A DNA stretch of 64,000 nt from Octopus sinensis (taxonomy: Eukaryota). The notes below the pieces were generated by a model. That model did no database searches, was not told where the DNA came from, and was given only the letters and a program-made list of their open reading frames with translations. Of the stretch, positions 49,750-62,897 are shown piece after piece (position 1 is the stretch's first letter; the number at the start of each line of letters is the position of its first letter). Where the stretch lies: the NCBI RefSeq assembly GCF_006345805.1, contig NC_043020.1, positions 30,380,001 to 30,444,000 on the forward strand, written 5' to 3'. A program made the position numbers and the translations under genes.

Positions 49750-49989
49750 TATGTTGATAGAAATGTTAAGATAACAAAAGAATGAAAGAGACCTCGATAT
49801 TATGTAAATAGAGGAATTTATCTGTAAATGCAATATGTGACAATTATTCGGTAGCCATGATAAAACTCTGAGTTTCGGATGTTGGGGCGGAAACCCATGC
49901 TGCCATCTCTTCAGTTATCTGACCATTTTTTCGATAGCCAAATAATTGTCACATATTATATTTACACACACACATATATATACACACAC

Positions 49990-50022
<33 letters not shown>

Positions 50023-52687
50023 ATATAATTTAATAAAAATTAAAGTAAAATGTAAAGTTACTCACCAATAATGAATATTATTGATGTAAGACGATGATGA
50101 TTAATGACTGCACAGCAAAGAAGATTTAAAGCTCTTCAGGTGTTTTAGGGGATGTCGTATCTTCATGCAAGGCTTTCATGGTGGGCTTAAGGAACACTGT
50201 GATGGGAAGTTGTTGTTGTTGTTGTTTCTTCATGGTGGTGAGGAGAGTTTTATGTCTGCATGGCAGCATCAATGGCATTTTTCAAATGGAGAGACCAAAC
50301 CATATAGGGATCCCCTGCTTCTGCCTTCCCTTGCAATTCCTTTGCTGTCCTTCAAAGGTCAGACAGACGTTTGATTGCCAGGCCCACCTCATCTGTCACT
50401 TCCTCCTCCTCCACTTCGCTGGAAGGCTTCGTTAACTCCAACAGACTCAGGGTTTCCGAGTGGGAATCGATGAGGTCTTTGACCTCATCTCGTGTGATGT
50501 TGTCAAAACCTTCACCACCAAGTACTTTTACTAGTTCCATCGCATTGTTGACAGCCTCATGATGAATATCTTCAGGTGAGAAGCCTTTGTAGTCCTGGAC
50601 ACACTCTGGCCATATTTTCTTCCAGCATGCGACGAAAGTTTCTTTGTACGTCTTTAAGAGCAGCGTAGGTGACTGACAGGCAGGCTGCGATCGTGAAGTT
50701 ACACCAGTACTACTTCTCGTCTGAATCCATTGCATCCACAAGGTGTTGGAGAGTTCTGAGTGCAAAGTGCCTTGAAGGCACGGATCACGCCTTGATCCAT
50801 AGGCTGGATGAGGGAGGTGGTGTTGGCAGGGAGGAACTCAAATTGGACTCCCTTGTGATCCAAATCCAAAGAGTAACTACCAGTATTATCCATAACAAGC
50901 AACACCTTGAATTTCATACATACGTTCTGGAGGTATTCCCTGACTTGAGGGATGAAGCATTGGTGGAACCAATTCAAAGTTAGACTTTTGGTAATCCAGG
51001 CCTTGGGGTTGTGCATTCAGTGGACAGGCAGCAGGTTTTTCTTATTTTTGAAGGCCCTCGGATTCGCAAACTTGTAGATAAATCCTGGTTTCATCATGAA
51101 GCCAGCAGGATTGCCACACATAATTACCGTCACTCTGTCCTTCTGTGCCTTAAATCCTGGGGCTCTGGCTTCATCCTTCATGATGAACATTCAGGAAGGC
51201 ATCTTCTTCTACAAGAAGCTAGTCCCGTCCATATTGAAGACCTGTTCCAGCTTGTGTCCCTTGTCCTCGATGATCTGCCTAAAGGCCTCCAGGGATTTCT
51301 CAGCGTCTTCTTTGTCAGCCTATTTTAAACCATTTCAGGAAACAGTCAAACCATCCTTTGCTGGTTTGAAAATCTTTGGGCTCCGCTGCTGTCAATGATC
51401 TTGGTTGTGGTTCTTCAGTGCTTTCTACTCCATCTTCTCTGTCGATCTGCAGGTATAATTTCAGCGCTTTCTCACGAATGATGTTACCACTCAAGGGGAT
51501 GTTCTTCTTCTTGCAGTCACTGATCTACAGTAGCAAGGCAGATTCCATCCTGAGAAGGTGCTTATTTCTCACTATCATTATCTTTTTGGCACTTTCACAG
51601 AAACTTACTGCTATGGTAGTCCTATTTGCCAACTCATTCTCATTTATGTAGCGTATAGTACTTTCTTTGACAACATAACAGCGACCTACTGCAGAATAAC
51701 TTTTACCTTCCCAGAACATATCCAGCAGTTGTCGCTTCTCATGGAACGTCATAACCTTTTTCTGGCACTTAGGTTCACTGTCAGAAGTCTTAGAAGATGT
51801 AGGGCGTTTGGGCGGCATCTTAGGGCCTTAATAATACACTGCAAAAAACACAGCACTCCACAAAATACTTGAAATAGCTACTGGGTGCAGTTTTCCCCAA
51901 AAAAACCTACAAAATCTTCCTTTCCTCTAATATGCACATAACACCGATGGGAGATTGAGCAGCGATTAAAAATAATCATAGTTTTGAAACATTTAGTTTG
52001 TATCACCACTAGATACAGTAATCTATACTACAATAAAAGAGAGAGAGAGACCAGTAATTAACCTAATTTCATAGAGGCTATATTGGCTCACAACCCTAAA
52101 AGCTCTCCTGTTGAAATAAACAATGTGTATGATCAAATGTGATGATTTTTAAAAAGTGCTGCTATAAAATTAACGTTCAGTGTTCAGTCTTGTGTTGTCT
52201 ATATCTTTGATCTGTCATCGTTCGCCCAAGTAATACTGGTGCGAAACACTGCATACACACACACACATTCACTACACTGAGAGGTAGTTGTTGTTGAGAG
52301 ACAAATACAGCGAGAGAGGGAGAGAGAGAAATATAGATAGATGATGCTACACTAATTAGCAAGCTTTAATTGAAAACAGGAATAAGAGATATAAGATACA
52401 GTGTACTTGTATCTAAAACAATCAAGCGATGTGATGCGCAGCTTTTCTAATCAGAGGGAGCTTCAAGTGCAAAGGGCACCCAATAAGCTGGGAAATACGG
52501 TATATTGTTTTTAATAATTTTGCCTTAAAAAGTATGAAAATATATAAATTGCCACGGAAAATGAAATAAAAAATCACGGACGATATTTACAATTCCGCAA
52601 ATATTTGGTGGTTTCCACGAATAATTATTAGTTTTGCAAATAACCAGGATTGCAAATGCCAAACCGTGAATAAGCAGAGGGACATTG
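49591..52687 (-). mobile_element. Degenerate Tigger/pogo (TIGD-like) DNA transposon; frameshifted transposase at about 50130-51818
   Basis: CENP-B-type N-terminus (MPPKRPTSSK...QKKVMTFHEKRQLLDM) and DDE_1 motifs (NPKAWIT...WFHQCFIPQV...VLLVMDN; FLPANTTSLIQPMDQGVIRAFKA) are spread over several frames. Degenerate TIR-like ends (TA|CAGTAGTCACCCGGTATTTGCG; reverse complement TA|CAATGTCCCTCTGCTTATTCACGG). Confidence 0.9.
49859..49919 (-). ncRNA. Candidate minimal hammerhead ribozyme
   Basis: Helix I GAUAA/UUAUC, core CUGAAGA, extended helix II (GAUG/CAUC, UGGG/CCCA), GAAA, palindromic helix III ACUC-A-GAGU, GUU triplet. Confidence 0.5.
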
Positions 52688-54079
52688 TATTCCTAATTAA
52701 TTTTCAAATACATCCTGGATTAACAGTAAATTAGGAACTTTTCTATTTGAGTCAAAAAGCATGATTTAAAAAAAAACAATTGCTACACAAACAAGTGCAA
52801 GTATGGCAGTGTGGTAAGAAGCTTGCTCCCAAACTGTATGATTCTGGGTTCAGTCCCATGACATGGTACCTTGGGCAAGTGTCTTCTGTTACCGCACCAA
52901 GCCAACCGAAGCCTTGGGAGCAGATTTGGTAGAAGGAGACTGAAACATGTCTATCAAATAGAACTTTACCAAGTCCTGGGATTGTTTTGTTTGACTAAAA
53001 ACCCTCAAAGGTGGTGCCCCAGTATGGCCACAGTCTAATGACCAAAGCTAATTAAAAGATAGCAGACAAAAAATGATGGAAATTACATTTGTTGGTTGGA
53101 GAAATAACTTATTGAAAAAAAGAGACGGACCTTTAAAAATTGGAATTTTTGCTAATTTTAGCCAATTACAAGTCTACAATTTTTGACATAACGGAAACCA
53201 CAATCACTCTGTGTTTCCCATTAATTTTCTTTAAATTCCTTTTATTTATAAATAGAGAGAAAAAAAAAGATAAAAACTTTAAATGATGAATACTTTTCTT
53301 TTTTTTTTGCATTTTCTATCTGATGCTTCCCAAACAATTGCCAATGCAGAGCAAACACAATTTTCGGCTAAAATTTGTAAAAAAAATTTGATCTTTGAAA
53401 TGTTCAGAAGAGTTTTATTGTAAATTTGTCCATAAAACAAACCTGATTTTTGTAATTTGTATGCAAAACTATGCGTGTTTGGAAGATATTTTTGAAAATT
53501 AGGCTGTGACTCAAACAGGGAAAGTTCCCTGACATAGTTATTGAGATGTTATTTAATGCCTGTTTTTTCCATGAATGGAAGGGTCAGACGGAATTTGAGG
53601 AGGCAGATTTTCTACAGCTGGATGCCTTTGCTGTTGCTGACCTTCACTGGTTTCTAAGCAAAGTAATATTTCCCCCACCCACCCCCACCCCATGGCCAGA
53701 AAACATTTTTCATAAAAGCCTAGAAACAACCTAACTTGTTTGATGGTGATGGTCATTTAAAATCATCATGCAATGGCTACACAAGGGTACACACAAACAC
53801 GTGTATGACAGGCTTCTTTCAGTTTCCATCTGCTAAATTCACTCACAAAGTTTTGGTTGGCCAGAGGATGTAACAGAGACATTTACCCAAAGTACCACAC
53901 AGTGGGGCTGAACCTTAAACCCTGTGGTTGGGAAGCAAACTTCTTAACCATGCAGCCACGCCTAGACTCATATGCAATCTAACCACCACCTAAACTATAA
54001 CTCATTACAAAACCCTGAAGAGATCCACTGAGGAAATATTCTCCCCTCATCCAGGAGCATCTAACAGAAAACTGCTCAA

Positions 54080-54330
54080 AACATTGCCATGCAGTCCCTC
54101 ACCAACAAACTCTAGATTCTGGCCCACAAACCCACTGTGTCCTCTCTCAGCCTTTTCTACCACTACTACAATGGCGTTTGCTCCTTGGAGCTCACTGGTC
54201 TCAAACAACTGCATCTCAAGTTACTCATACTATGTCCCCACCACCAATTAAGCCCCTGCACTAACCACAAACACTCTTCCTTTTGCTAACAGAATATCTT
54301 CCTCTGGAAGTCTGTCCCCTGCAGGACTTA
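54080..54330 (+). mobile_element. Decayed LINE (L2/CR1-like) ORF2 C-terminal relic
   Basis: SLSLFYHYYNGVCSLEL resembles the SLSLFYRYY..CS.EL motif of these elements. Confidence 0.45.
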
Positions 54331-55056
54331 CAAGCAGAGGGCCACTTGTGACTGTTCGAGAGGAATGGTAACCATGTCAATTGGTCTCATTCACTTCAGA
54401 GGCCCCAAGAAAGCAACCACATCGCTTCAGTATCAGTCCCACTACACGACACCTCAGCTAAGTATCTGTTGTAATCCTCACTCAACCAAAGAAGCCCATC
54501 ACATACATATACATACATACATATATATAGAAACATATATACATATATATACACACATACATATGATGGGCTTCTAGTTACTGGATTAAGGTCAAATGTC
54601 AATTGAGAGGCTATAAATCTTTGCCAAGAAGCTGTTTGTTATTTTAATAACCACTCATTGGCCAATGTAACACTAACCAAGCATTCTGATTGGCTGTCAT
54701 CTTTATCTCATGCCCATAACACCAAAGATTCTTTGAAAACCCCCATGGTCAGGATAATGTCCAAAATGAACCAGGACCACTTGATTCGAGCATGAAGATG
54801 ATTTAGATCTCATATAGAAACAGTTGTTGGAGCTGAAGGTGGCTTTATTGAATAACATTATAGAAAAGAAGGTTGATTTTTATCCTCATAGGATATCCTG
54901 TTTGAGTCATAGCATTGTTTGATAAATAAAGTTATTTGTTATTCTATATGTTTTTTATAAACATAAATCTGTCCTCAAATATCTTATGCACTCTGTATAT
55001 ATATATGTATACCATCATCATCATTTTACATGACACAAGCACTGACAGGATCACCA

Positions 55057-55092
<36 letters not shown>

Positions 55093-56421
55093 TTCTTCTT
55101 TTGACACATTATGCAAGCAAGATCTTTTGTTTCAAAACCTCAGAAACAAATCCAGCTATGAGGAAGGTTGGCAACAGGAAGAGCATCCAGTGGTAGAAAG
55201 TCTGCTAACATTTTCCATTTGACTCACGAAGCATTGAAAAGTAGATGTTAAAATGAAGATGAATATATAAGTATGCATGTGTGTGTGTGTGTATATACTG
55301 CATGTGTGTGTGCATGCTCGTGAGTCTGTTTGCAATTGTGTTCTATAAAAGTCGCAGCTAATGGCAGTGGTGTTGCTATAATCACGTCTATCAACAAACT
55401 GTTGTCTGCTCGCTTTGTGCCTTCAAAGAGGTGTGCAATGTCTCAGCAATATACTAACACATGCTGGCAAGGAAAAACAGATGTAAATCAAACAAACACA
55501 GAGGTAGAGACCCTGTTAGATATACGCTTATAGTCTATGTAGAAGAGATTGTCAGTGTCACAGAGTGTGGTTGGTATGAGATGTGGATAAAAGCAAATAT
55601 ACAGTTTTAAACCCTTTTAAAGGTGTGGAGGGTGGAGCCTACCTTTCATTAATGTGTTATTTTAGGTCAGTGTGTGTGTGTGTGTGTGTGCGAGGGATGG
55701 GAGTGACGACTGAAAAGGAAGGGGTGTAACTGTTTAATAACTTTAAATTGGTTTTAACCAATTAATATTCAGATTACTTCGTCAAATGTAATGCTTATTT
55801 GCTCAGTATTGTTTTGAATTAATTATGCCTTATTTTGAGGCTTTGAGATTTCAATGATGTGATTGTTTATTTTTAGAATGACATTGTAGGGTAGGAAGAA
55901 ATGTTGGATTTGGCCAGTTTGAACATAAAACAGGCAGAATATTTCAGCTGGATATGGCTGGTTTAAGGGCTAAAGGGTCACGTTTGTCCAATGTTATGGT
56001 GAAGGAAGAATTTTTTAGGGACTAGCAGATAATCTGCCCTCCAGGCAAAATTTCTGCTATTTGCTACAGAAGTTTTTCTAATTTCAGCACAAGGGAGCCA
56101 CCAGCTTTGAGGGAAGGGGCATAGTTGAGTACATGGAACCCAGTATTCAACAGGTACTTATTTGACCCCGAGAGGATGAAAGACAAAGTCCACCATGGCA
56201 GAATTTGAACTCAGAGAATATGAAGCCTAAAGAAATGTTGTTGAGCATTTTGCCTAGTTTCAGGTCCTGCCATTACTGCCCTTCACTTATTAATATTTAC
56301 ACATTTGATCCTTCCAGATTCTGTAATTCCTTTGCCATGTTACATATAATTTATCTTTGCATTTGTCTAACAGCACTTCTAACTCAATCAATATATTCTG
56401 TATTTCTTCTTCCAGCCCCTT

Positions 56422-57618
56422 CGCCCCAATTGGCTCCTCTGCTGGTGGCACTTAAAAAGCACCATCTGAACATAGCCAAACCCAGCGCCACCTTAACTCG
56501 CCCCAATTGGCTCCTCTGCTGGTGGCACTTAAAAAGCACCATCTGAACATAGCCAAACCCAGCGCCACCTTAACTCGCCCCAATTGGCTCCTCTGCTGGT
56601 GGCACTTAAAAAGCACCATCTGAACATAGCCAAACCCAGCGCCACCTTAACTCGCCCCATTGGCTCCTCTGCTGGTGGCACTTAAAAAGCACCATCTGAA
56701 CATAGCCAAACCCAGCGCCACCTTAACTCGCCCCATTGGCTCCTCTGCTGGTGGCACTAAAAAGCACCATCTGAACATAGCCAAACCCAGCGCCACCTTA
56801 ACTCGCCCCAATTGGCTCCTCTGCTGGTGGCACTTAAAAAGCACCATCTGAACATAGCCAAACCCAGCGCCACCTTAACTCGCCCCAATTGGCTCCTCTG
56901 CTGGTGGCACGTAAAAAGCACCATCTGAACATAGCCAAACCCAGCGCCACCTTAACTCGCCCCAATTGGCTCCTCTGCTGGTGGCACTTAAAAAGCACCA
57001 TCTGAACATAGCCAAACCCAGCGCCACCTTAACTCGCCCCAATTGGCTCCTCTGCTGGTGGCACTTAAAAAGCACCATCTGAACATAGCCAAACCCAGCG
57101 CCACCTTAACTCGCCCCAATTGGCTCCCTGCTGGTGGCACGTAAAAAGCACCATCTGAACATAGCCAAACCCAGCGCCACCTTAACTCGCCCCAATTGGC
57201 TCCCTGCTGGTGGCACTTAAAAAGCACCATCTGACATAGCCAAACCCAGCGCCACCTTAACTCGCCCCAATTGGCTCCTCTGCTGGTGGCACTTAAAAAG
57301 CACCATCTGAACATAGCCAAACCCAGCGCCACCTTAACTCGCCCCAATTGGCTCCTCTGCTGGTGGCACGTAAAAAGCACCATCTGAACATAGCCAAACC
57401 CAGCGCCACCTTAACTCGCCCCAATTGGCTCCTCTGCTGGTGGCACTTAAAAAGCACCATCTGAACATAGCCAAACCCAGCGCCACCTTAACTCGCCCCA
57501 ATTGGCTCCTCTGCTGGTGGCACTTAAAAAGCACCATCTGAACATAGCCAAACCCAGCGCCACCTTAACTCGCCCCAATTGGCTCCTCTGCTGGTGGCAC
57601 GTAAAAAGCACCATCTGA
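56422..57618 (+). repeat. 77-bp tandem minisatellite, about 15.5 copies
   Basis: Unit CGCCCCAATTGGCTCCTCTGCTGGTGGCAC(T/G)TAAAAAGCACCATCTGAACATAGCCAAACCCAGCGCCACCTTAACT, with no unique spacers. Confidence 0.97.
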
Positions 57619-58650
57619 TTGTGGCTGATGCCAGCCCCATCTGGTCCCTGTGCCAGTGGAATGTAAACAGCACACACTACACTCATGGAGTGGTTGGTGT
57701 TAGGAAGGGCATCCAGCTGTAGAAACTGCCAGATCAGACTGGAGCCTGGTGCAGCCTCCTGGCTTCCCAGACCCCAGTCGAACCGTCCAACCCATGCCAG
57801 CATGGAAAATGGATGTTAAACGATGATGATGACATATATGAACACATATTTACTCATATATAAACTCACAGAAAGAGAGAGAAAGATAGACACTAAGACA
57901 GAGACAGATGGATTGAGGAATAGAGAGACAGACGGAAACAGACAGACGGACATAAGGATGAGAGATACTTAACCCAAAAGTTACGATGAAACATTTAGAC
58001 AAAAGATTGAAATAAGAAGGCAATTGACGGATGCTTGTGTACGTATTATCTAACATATGTTGACCAATGCAGTGTAAGTGGAATTTGGTAGACGGAAATT
58101 GTACGGAAGCCCAATGTCCATCACGCCCGCGCGCACATATCGGGGCGCAATGGGGGTGGGGGGTTTATACTGCTGTAAGGCAGTACATCGAGTTGCGTCC
58201 CTTATATCCAAGTGCCATTCGATACGGACCAGACTTGTGTACTAAATACTTCCTTCGGCCGATAAAATTTGACAAAAGGAACCAGTGGAAAGGCGGTGCA
58301 CCAGCATGACCGCAGACTAAATAACCGAAACCAGTAAAGGAGGATGTGTGTGTTTGTCTGGCGGGTGAAGGTGCGCGTGTTTGTGGTACGAGTTTGCCGG
58401 AAGAGTACGAAGACTTACGGGAAAAGCCGTAGTTTGTTGACGCAATTTTAACAAATATTTTTATTTGTTTTTTGTATTTTTTTAAATCTGCAAAAAGGGA
58501 AATCGTAAAATCTATTTGACGTTTAACTTGTATTGAGTACTTTCAGGAATCACTATCTTCAAATTGTATGTGTGTATATATATATATATATTATATATAT
58601 ATATACACACACACATTTATACATTGTATATATATCTATACATTATATAT

Positions 58651-58706
<56 letters not shown>

Positions 58707-58734
58707 TTTATACATTGTATATATATCTATACAT

Positions 58735-58770
<36 letters not shown>

Positions 58771-58796
58771 TTTATACATTGTATATATATCTATAC

Positions 58797-58875
<79 letters not shown>

Positions 58876-60106
58876 CATACATAATACACATATTTCTACA
58901 TTTATATATATTTACATCCCTAACTCTAGCCCTACATTATATACACACACGCACATATAGATACATATACACACATTTAAAGATAAATATATATATATAG
59001 ATAGATAAATAGATAGATAGATATAGATAGATACGTATACATAAAAGATTGCTGAGTTTTTCCCAAAGCTAACTGTAATCGAATTTACAAAATTTGAGTG
59101 GAATCGAAACTGAATTAACTTTGCCAAACTCCCTCCACTTTGAAAAGTGTTCAGGACTTTATTTCATTAGAAGTAAACCTCGTTCATACGAACAACAAAC
59201 ACGCTTTATACGGCCTTTTTGGTTTATAAATATATTTATATATAAATGTTGCATAGAATCTGTATATATACACACGATTTATAAAATCAGATAGGTTATG
59301 TGGTTATCCTGTATATGTGTGTGTATAATTATATACACTCACACGATATTAATGACAATGTGATTATGTGGCTGTGGTGGCTTCCCGGGCCATCGTCGGA
59401 TGAGCAGGTCAGAGCAGGTCCCCGATCACAGACCATCCAACCTGACCCTGTTTCTTTCCTTCCTCCAGACTTTCTATTCAGGACTTCTATCCAATATGTC
59501 CTACTTAGTTTTTTTTTTTTGTTTGTTTTTAAGATGATGTAATTTGCTAATAGGAGAGCTTTCGCTGCTATTTCCTGCACATCCAGCGACCACGTTGAGG
59601 TTTGTCCGCTGGATCGACGCACAAAATCCACAAACACCACAATATATAAATATGGAAAGTTTTTCGGGGGTGGGGGGCACGGGCGGAAGTCTTGCCATGA
59701 ATATATAAATTGGATGTGATTTCAGTGTTTGTTATTGATGGTGTTGTTTTAGCCTTGAACGAGCAGACCTATGATCAAACCTATTCCGGCCAAGACCATC
59801 CCGTCGATTTTTTTTCCCCGTGGACAGGGAAAGTAAAACCACAACTGACCAATGACTCGTTTTCTGAGATCAGATGAAGATTTAGCTGTTATTTCTAGCA
59901 TCATGAGTGACTGCATAGAAGTTCCTTTCAAATTTGTGCGTGTGTGCTACATAAGGTTAACCCTGGCTTCTCTCAGCCATCAAGGTTAAGGCCAGGCTGG
60001 AGCACCGAATCGGGTATGTGTGTGCGCGTGAGTGTTAGGAAATTAATTATTATTTAATAAATTCAACACATTATAACGTCAACATAAACACATCATTATA
60101 AAGAAC

Positions 60107-60149
<43 letters not shown>

Positions 60150-61623
60150 TATATGTATATATATGTATGTATATGTGTGGATATATACATGCAAAAACAT
60201 GTATTTAAAGGCACAGAATAAGCAGCAATATATATACACATATGTATATATATATATACACATATATACATACATTGTATACACATTATATGCACCCTGT
60301 ATATACATGCACCCAAAAACTCGGGTATATTTCACAATAATTACAAAATAACTGCATATATAAATTCTACACACTTTCTTATCCTTCTATTCAAACATTA
60401 TATACACCTTATGCTCCTCTATATACACACCGCAAACACATGCCTATATAGACAGATATATACGTACCGTCTAGGTTTAGCTTTCTTGTCCATGTTTGCG
60501 AGTGTGAGGGAGAAAGCATAAGACTTTAAGACGAAGGGGCAGTTTTGGAAACGTTGCTATTACTCTATCTACTTACTTTCCTCCCACCGCCACCAAAAGG
60601 CGCCTTTCCTGCTTTTTCCCCTTTCAAACTTTTTTAGTCTTTCTTCTGCATTTTGTTAGAGTAGCAGGAGGAGGAGAAATTCTACACGTTTCTCTCTTAG
60701 TCTATTAATTTCACTCCCTATGTTTTTACTCTTAGTCTCAATAGTTACTCTCTTAATCTTTCACTCTCCTACTTTTACTCCTCCCCAATTTTTTCTCTCT
60801 CACACTCGATGTTTTTGCTTTCATATTTTTAACTCACTCTCTCTCTTCTTTTACTTTATCTATCATAGTTTCACTCCTCCCCAAAACAATTGCTCTCTCT
60901 CTCTCTCCTCCTCCTTCTTCATTATAACTCTATTATTTTGTCTATTCTTTCCGTCACCTCCCCCTCTCTTTGTTAACACTGCCTTATTTTCTCATACTCT
61001 CAGAGTTGTAGTGACAGGAGATAAATACGTTTGTTCTTTCTCTCTCTCTCTCTTCTTGTCTGCTTTCCCTCCTTATTCTCCTCCTCCTCCTTTGTTCATT
61101 CTCCTCCGTCGAAGGAAGTCGTATCACGTCCCCCTCCCCCCTCCCCCCGTCTCTCTCTCTCTAAGTTTTGAGACTTTAACTTCATAAGAAACAAATTCCG
61201 AATTAGTTATTGAGCACTCTCGCCGAATAAATACCTCGATTAGGACGAATTAAGGTGGCCTTCATGAGATTCAATCTGTATCAAGTTACTACATAAATAA
61301 CACACACACATATATATATGCATATATGTGTGCGTTGACTGCAGCATCAGAACACTTTAGCTCTTGTTTCTAGCATTGTAGGTGTCCTAACACGCTCTGT
61401 CTGATTTAATGACAATTATAGTTTTCCTTTTCGGTGATACGTTACTAAACAGGTGCCCAATTTAATTCTATATTTACTAGAATAATCACAGAAATTCGAA
61501 ACAAGGTGGAAAAAAACTGTGCCCGAATACCAGAGGTAGAGTAATATGCTTTATTAAAAAGCAGCAGAAATATCACAAAAAGCTGTTACTCAGAGTTTTA
61601 CGTTCCCGTTCGTTGGACAAAAC

Positions 61624-61669
61624 AAAACTGTCCGACGAACGGGAACGCGAAACTCTGAGTAACAGCTTT
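61624..61669 (+). ncRNA. Candidate minimal hammerhead ribozyme with variant core CCGACGA
   Basis: Helix I AAAACUGU/ACAGCUUU (1 mismatch), core CCGACGA, helix II ACG-GGAA-CGC, GAAA, palindromic helix III ACUC-U-GAGU, GUA triplet at 61659-61661. Confidence 0.5.
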
Positions 61670-62449
61670 TGGTTTGTTTCAGACATTGTACTGAAGTCCT
61701 AACGGAGCCTTCAAGATTTTAGTCGAACAAATCGACCCCCAACACTTATATTTTAAGCCTGTTTGTTACTTATTCTATCGGTATCTTTTACCGAAACGTT
61801 AAGTTACGGGGACGTAAACAAACACACACTGGTTGTCAAGCGGTGGTGTGGGACAAGCTCAAACACAAAGACACATACTTAAATAGGCGTGTGAGTGTGT
61901 GTGCGCGAAGGGATTCTTTCAGTTTCCATCTGTCAAATACCAAATCCACTCACAAGGCCTTGGTCTGTTCGGGGCTTCAGTAGAAGACGCTTGTCTAACG
62001 TGCCGTGCTGTGCGACTGAACCCATGACTACTTGGTCGGGAAGCAAGCTTTTTAACAACGCGGCCATGTCTGCGCCTATGTACACACACACAAAAACACA
62101 CACACACACACACGCACACACGTACGTACGTAAACACATTGAAACACCGTGTAATCAACTTAATGCCAAATGAGTAACGACTCTCGGTTACGACTTCCCA
62201 CTTGATGGATCAAACTAAACAACTCAGTCTCACAGCGTATAAATACATGAGTATTCCGCAAACACTTGTTTCGCACAGACGGAATCAGTGTGACACACGA
62301 TGACATGGTTGGACCGTCGAATCACAAGTATAAATCCAGCTAAGTTTCCGTCAGATTTTCAATCTCGGGATCATCCTAATTCCGAAAAGGTATAATATGG
62401 CAATGCAGAGCAAATGTAGCCTGAGATACAGGGCTCCCAGACAGACACT

Positions 62450-62542
<93 letters not shown>

Positions 62543-62671
62543 GTAGGTCCCGGGTTGATTCGGGGTTAACCACAGTAAATAAGGTACTCAATACATAGCA
62601 GAGTAAAATTAATTTATTATATAGAAGGAGCTTCTACAGGACTAGAACTGTTTCATTCAAGAGAAATCATC

Positions 62672-62729
62672 AGGAAGCTTCCTGATGATTTCTCTTGAAT
62701 GAAACAGTTCTAGTCCTGTAGAAGCTCCT
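62672..62729 (+). ncRNA. Candidate type I hammerhead ribozyme (Penelope-like element type), with an identical mirror copy on the - strand at 62626-62683
   Basis: Helix I AGCUUC/GAAGCU, core CUGAUGA, helix II (U)UUC-UCUU-GAA(U), GAAA, helix III ACAG/CUGU with loop UUCUAGUC, cleavage triplet GUA at 62718-62720. The base of helix II is a U-U mismatch. Confidence 0.7.
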
Positions 62730-62737
62730 TCTATATA

Positions 62738-62800
<63 letters not shown>

Positions 62801-62850
62801 TATAATATATGATTATATATAGATATATATGGAGAGAGAGAGAGAGTGTG

Positions 62851-62897
<47 letters not shown>

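Noticed and set aside
56422-57618. Regular array resembling CRISPR
   Set aside because: The units are contiguous with no unique spacers, there are no cas genes, and the context is eukaryotic. It is a minisatellite.
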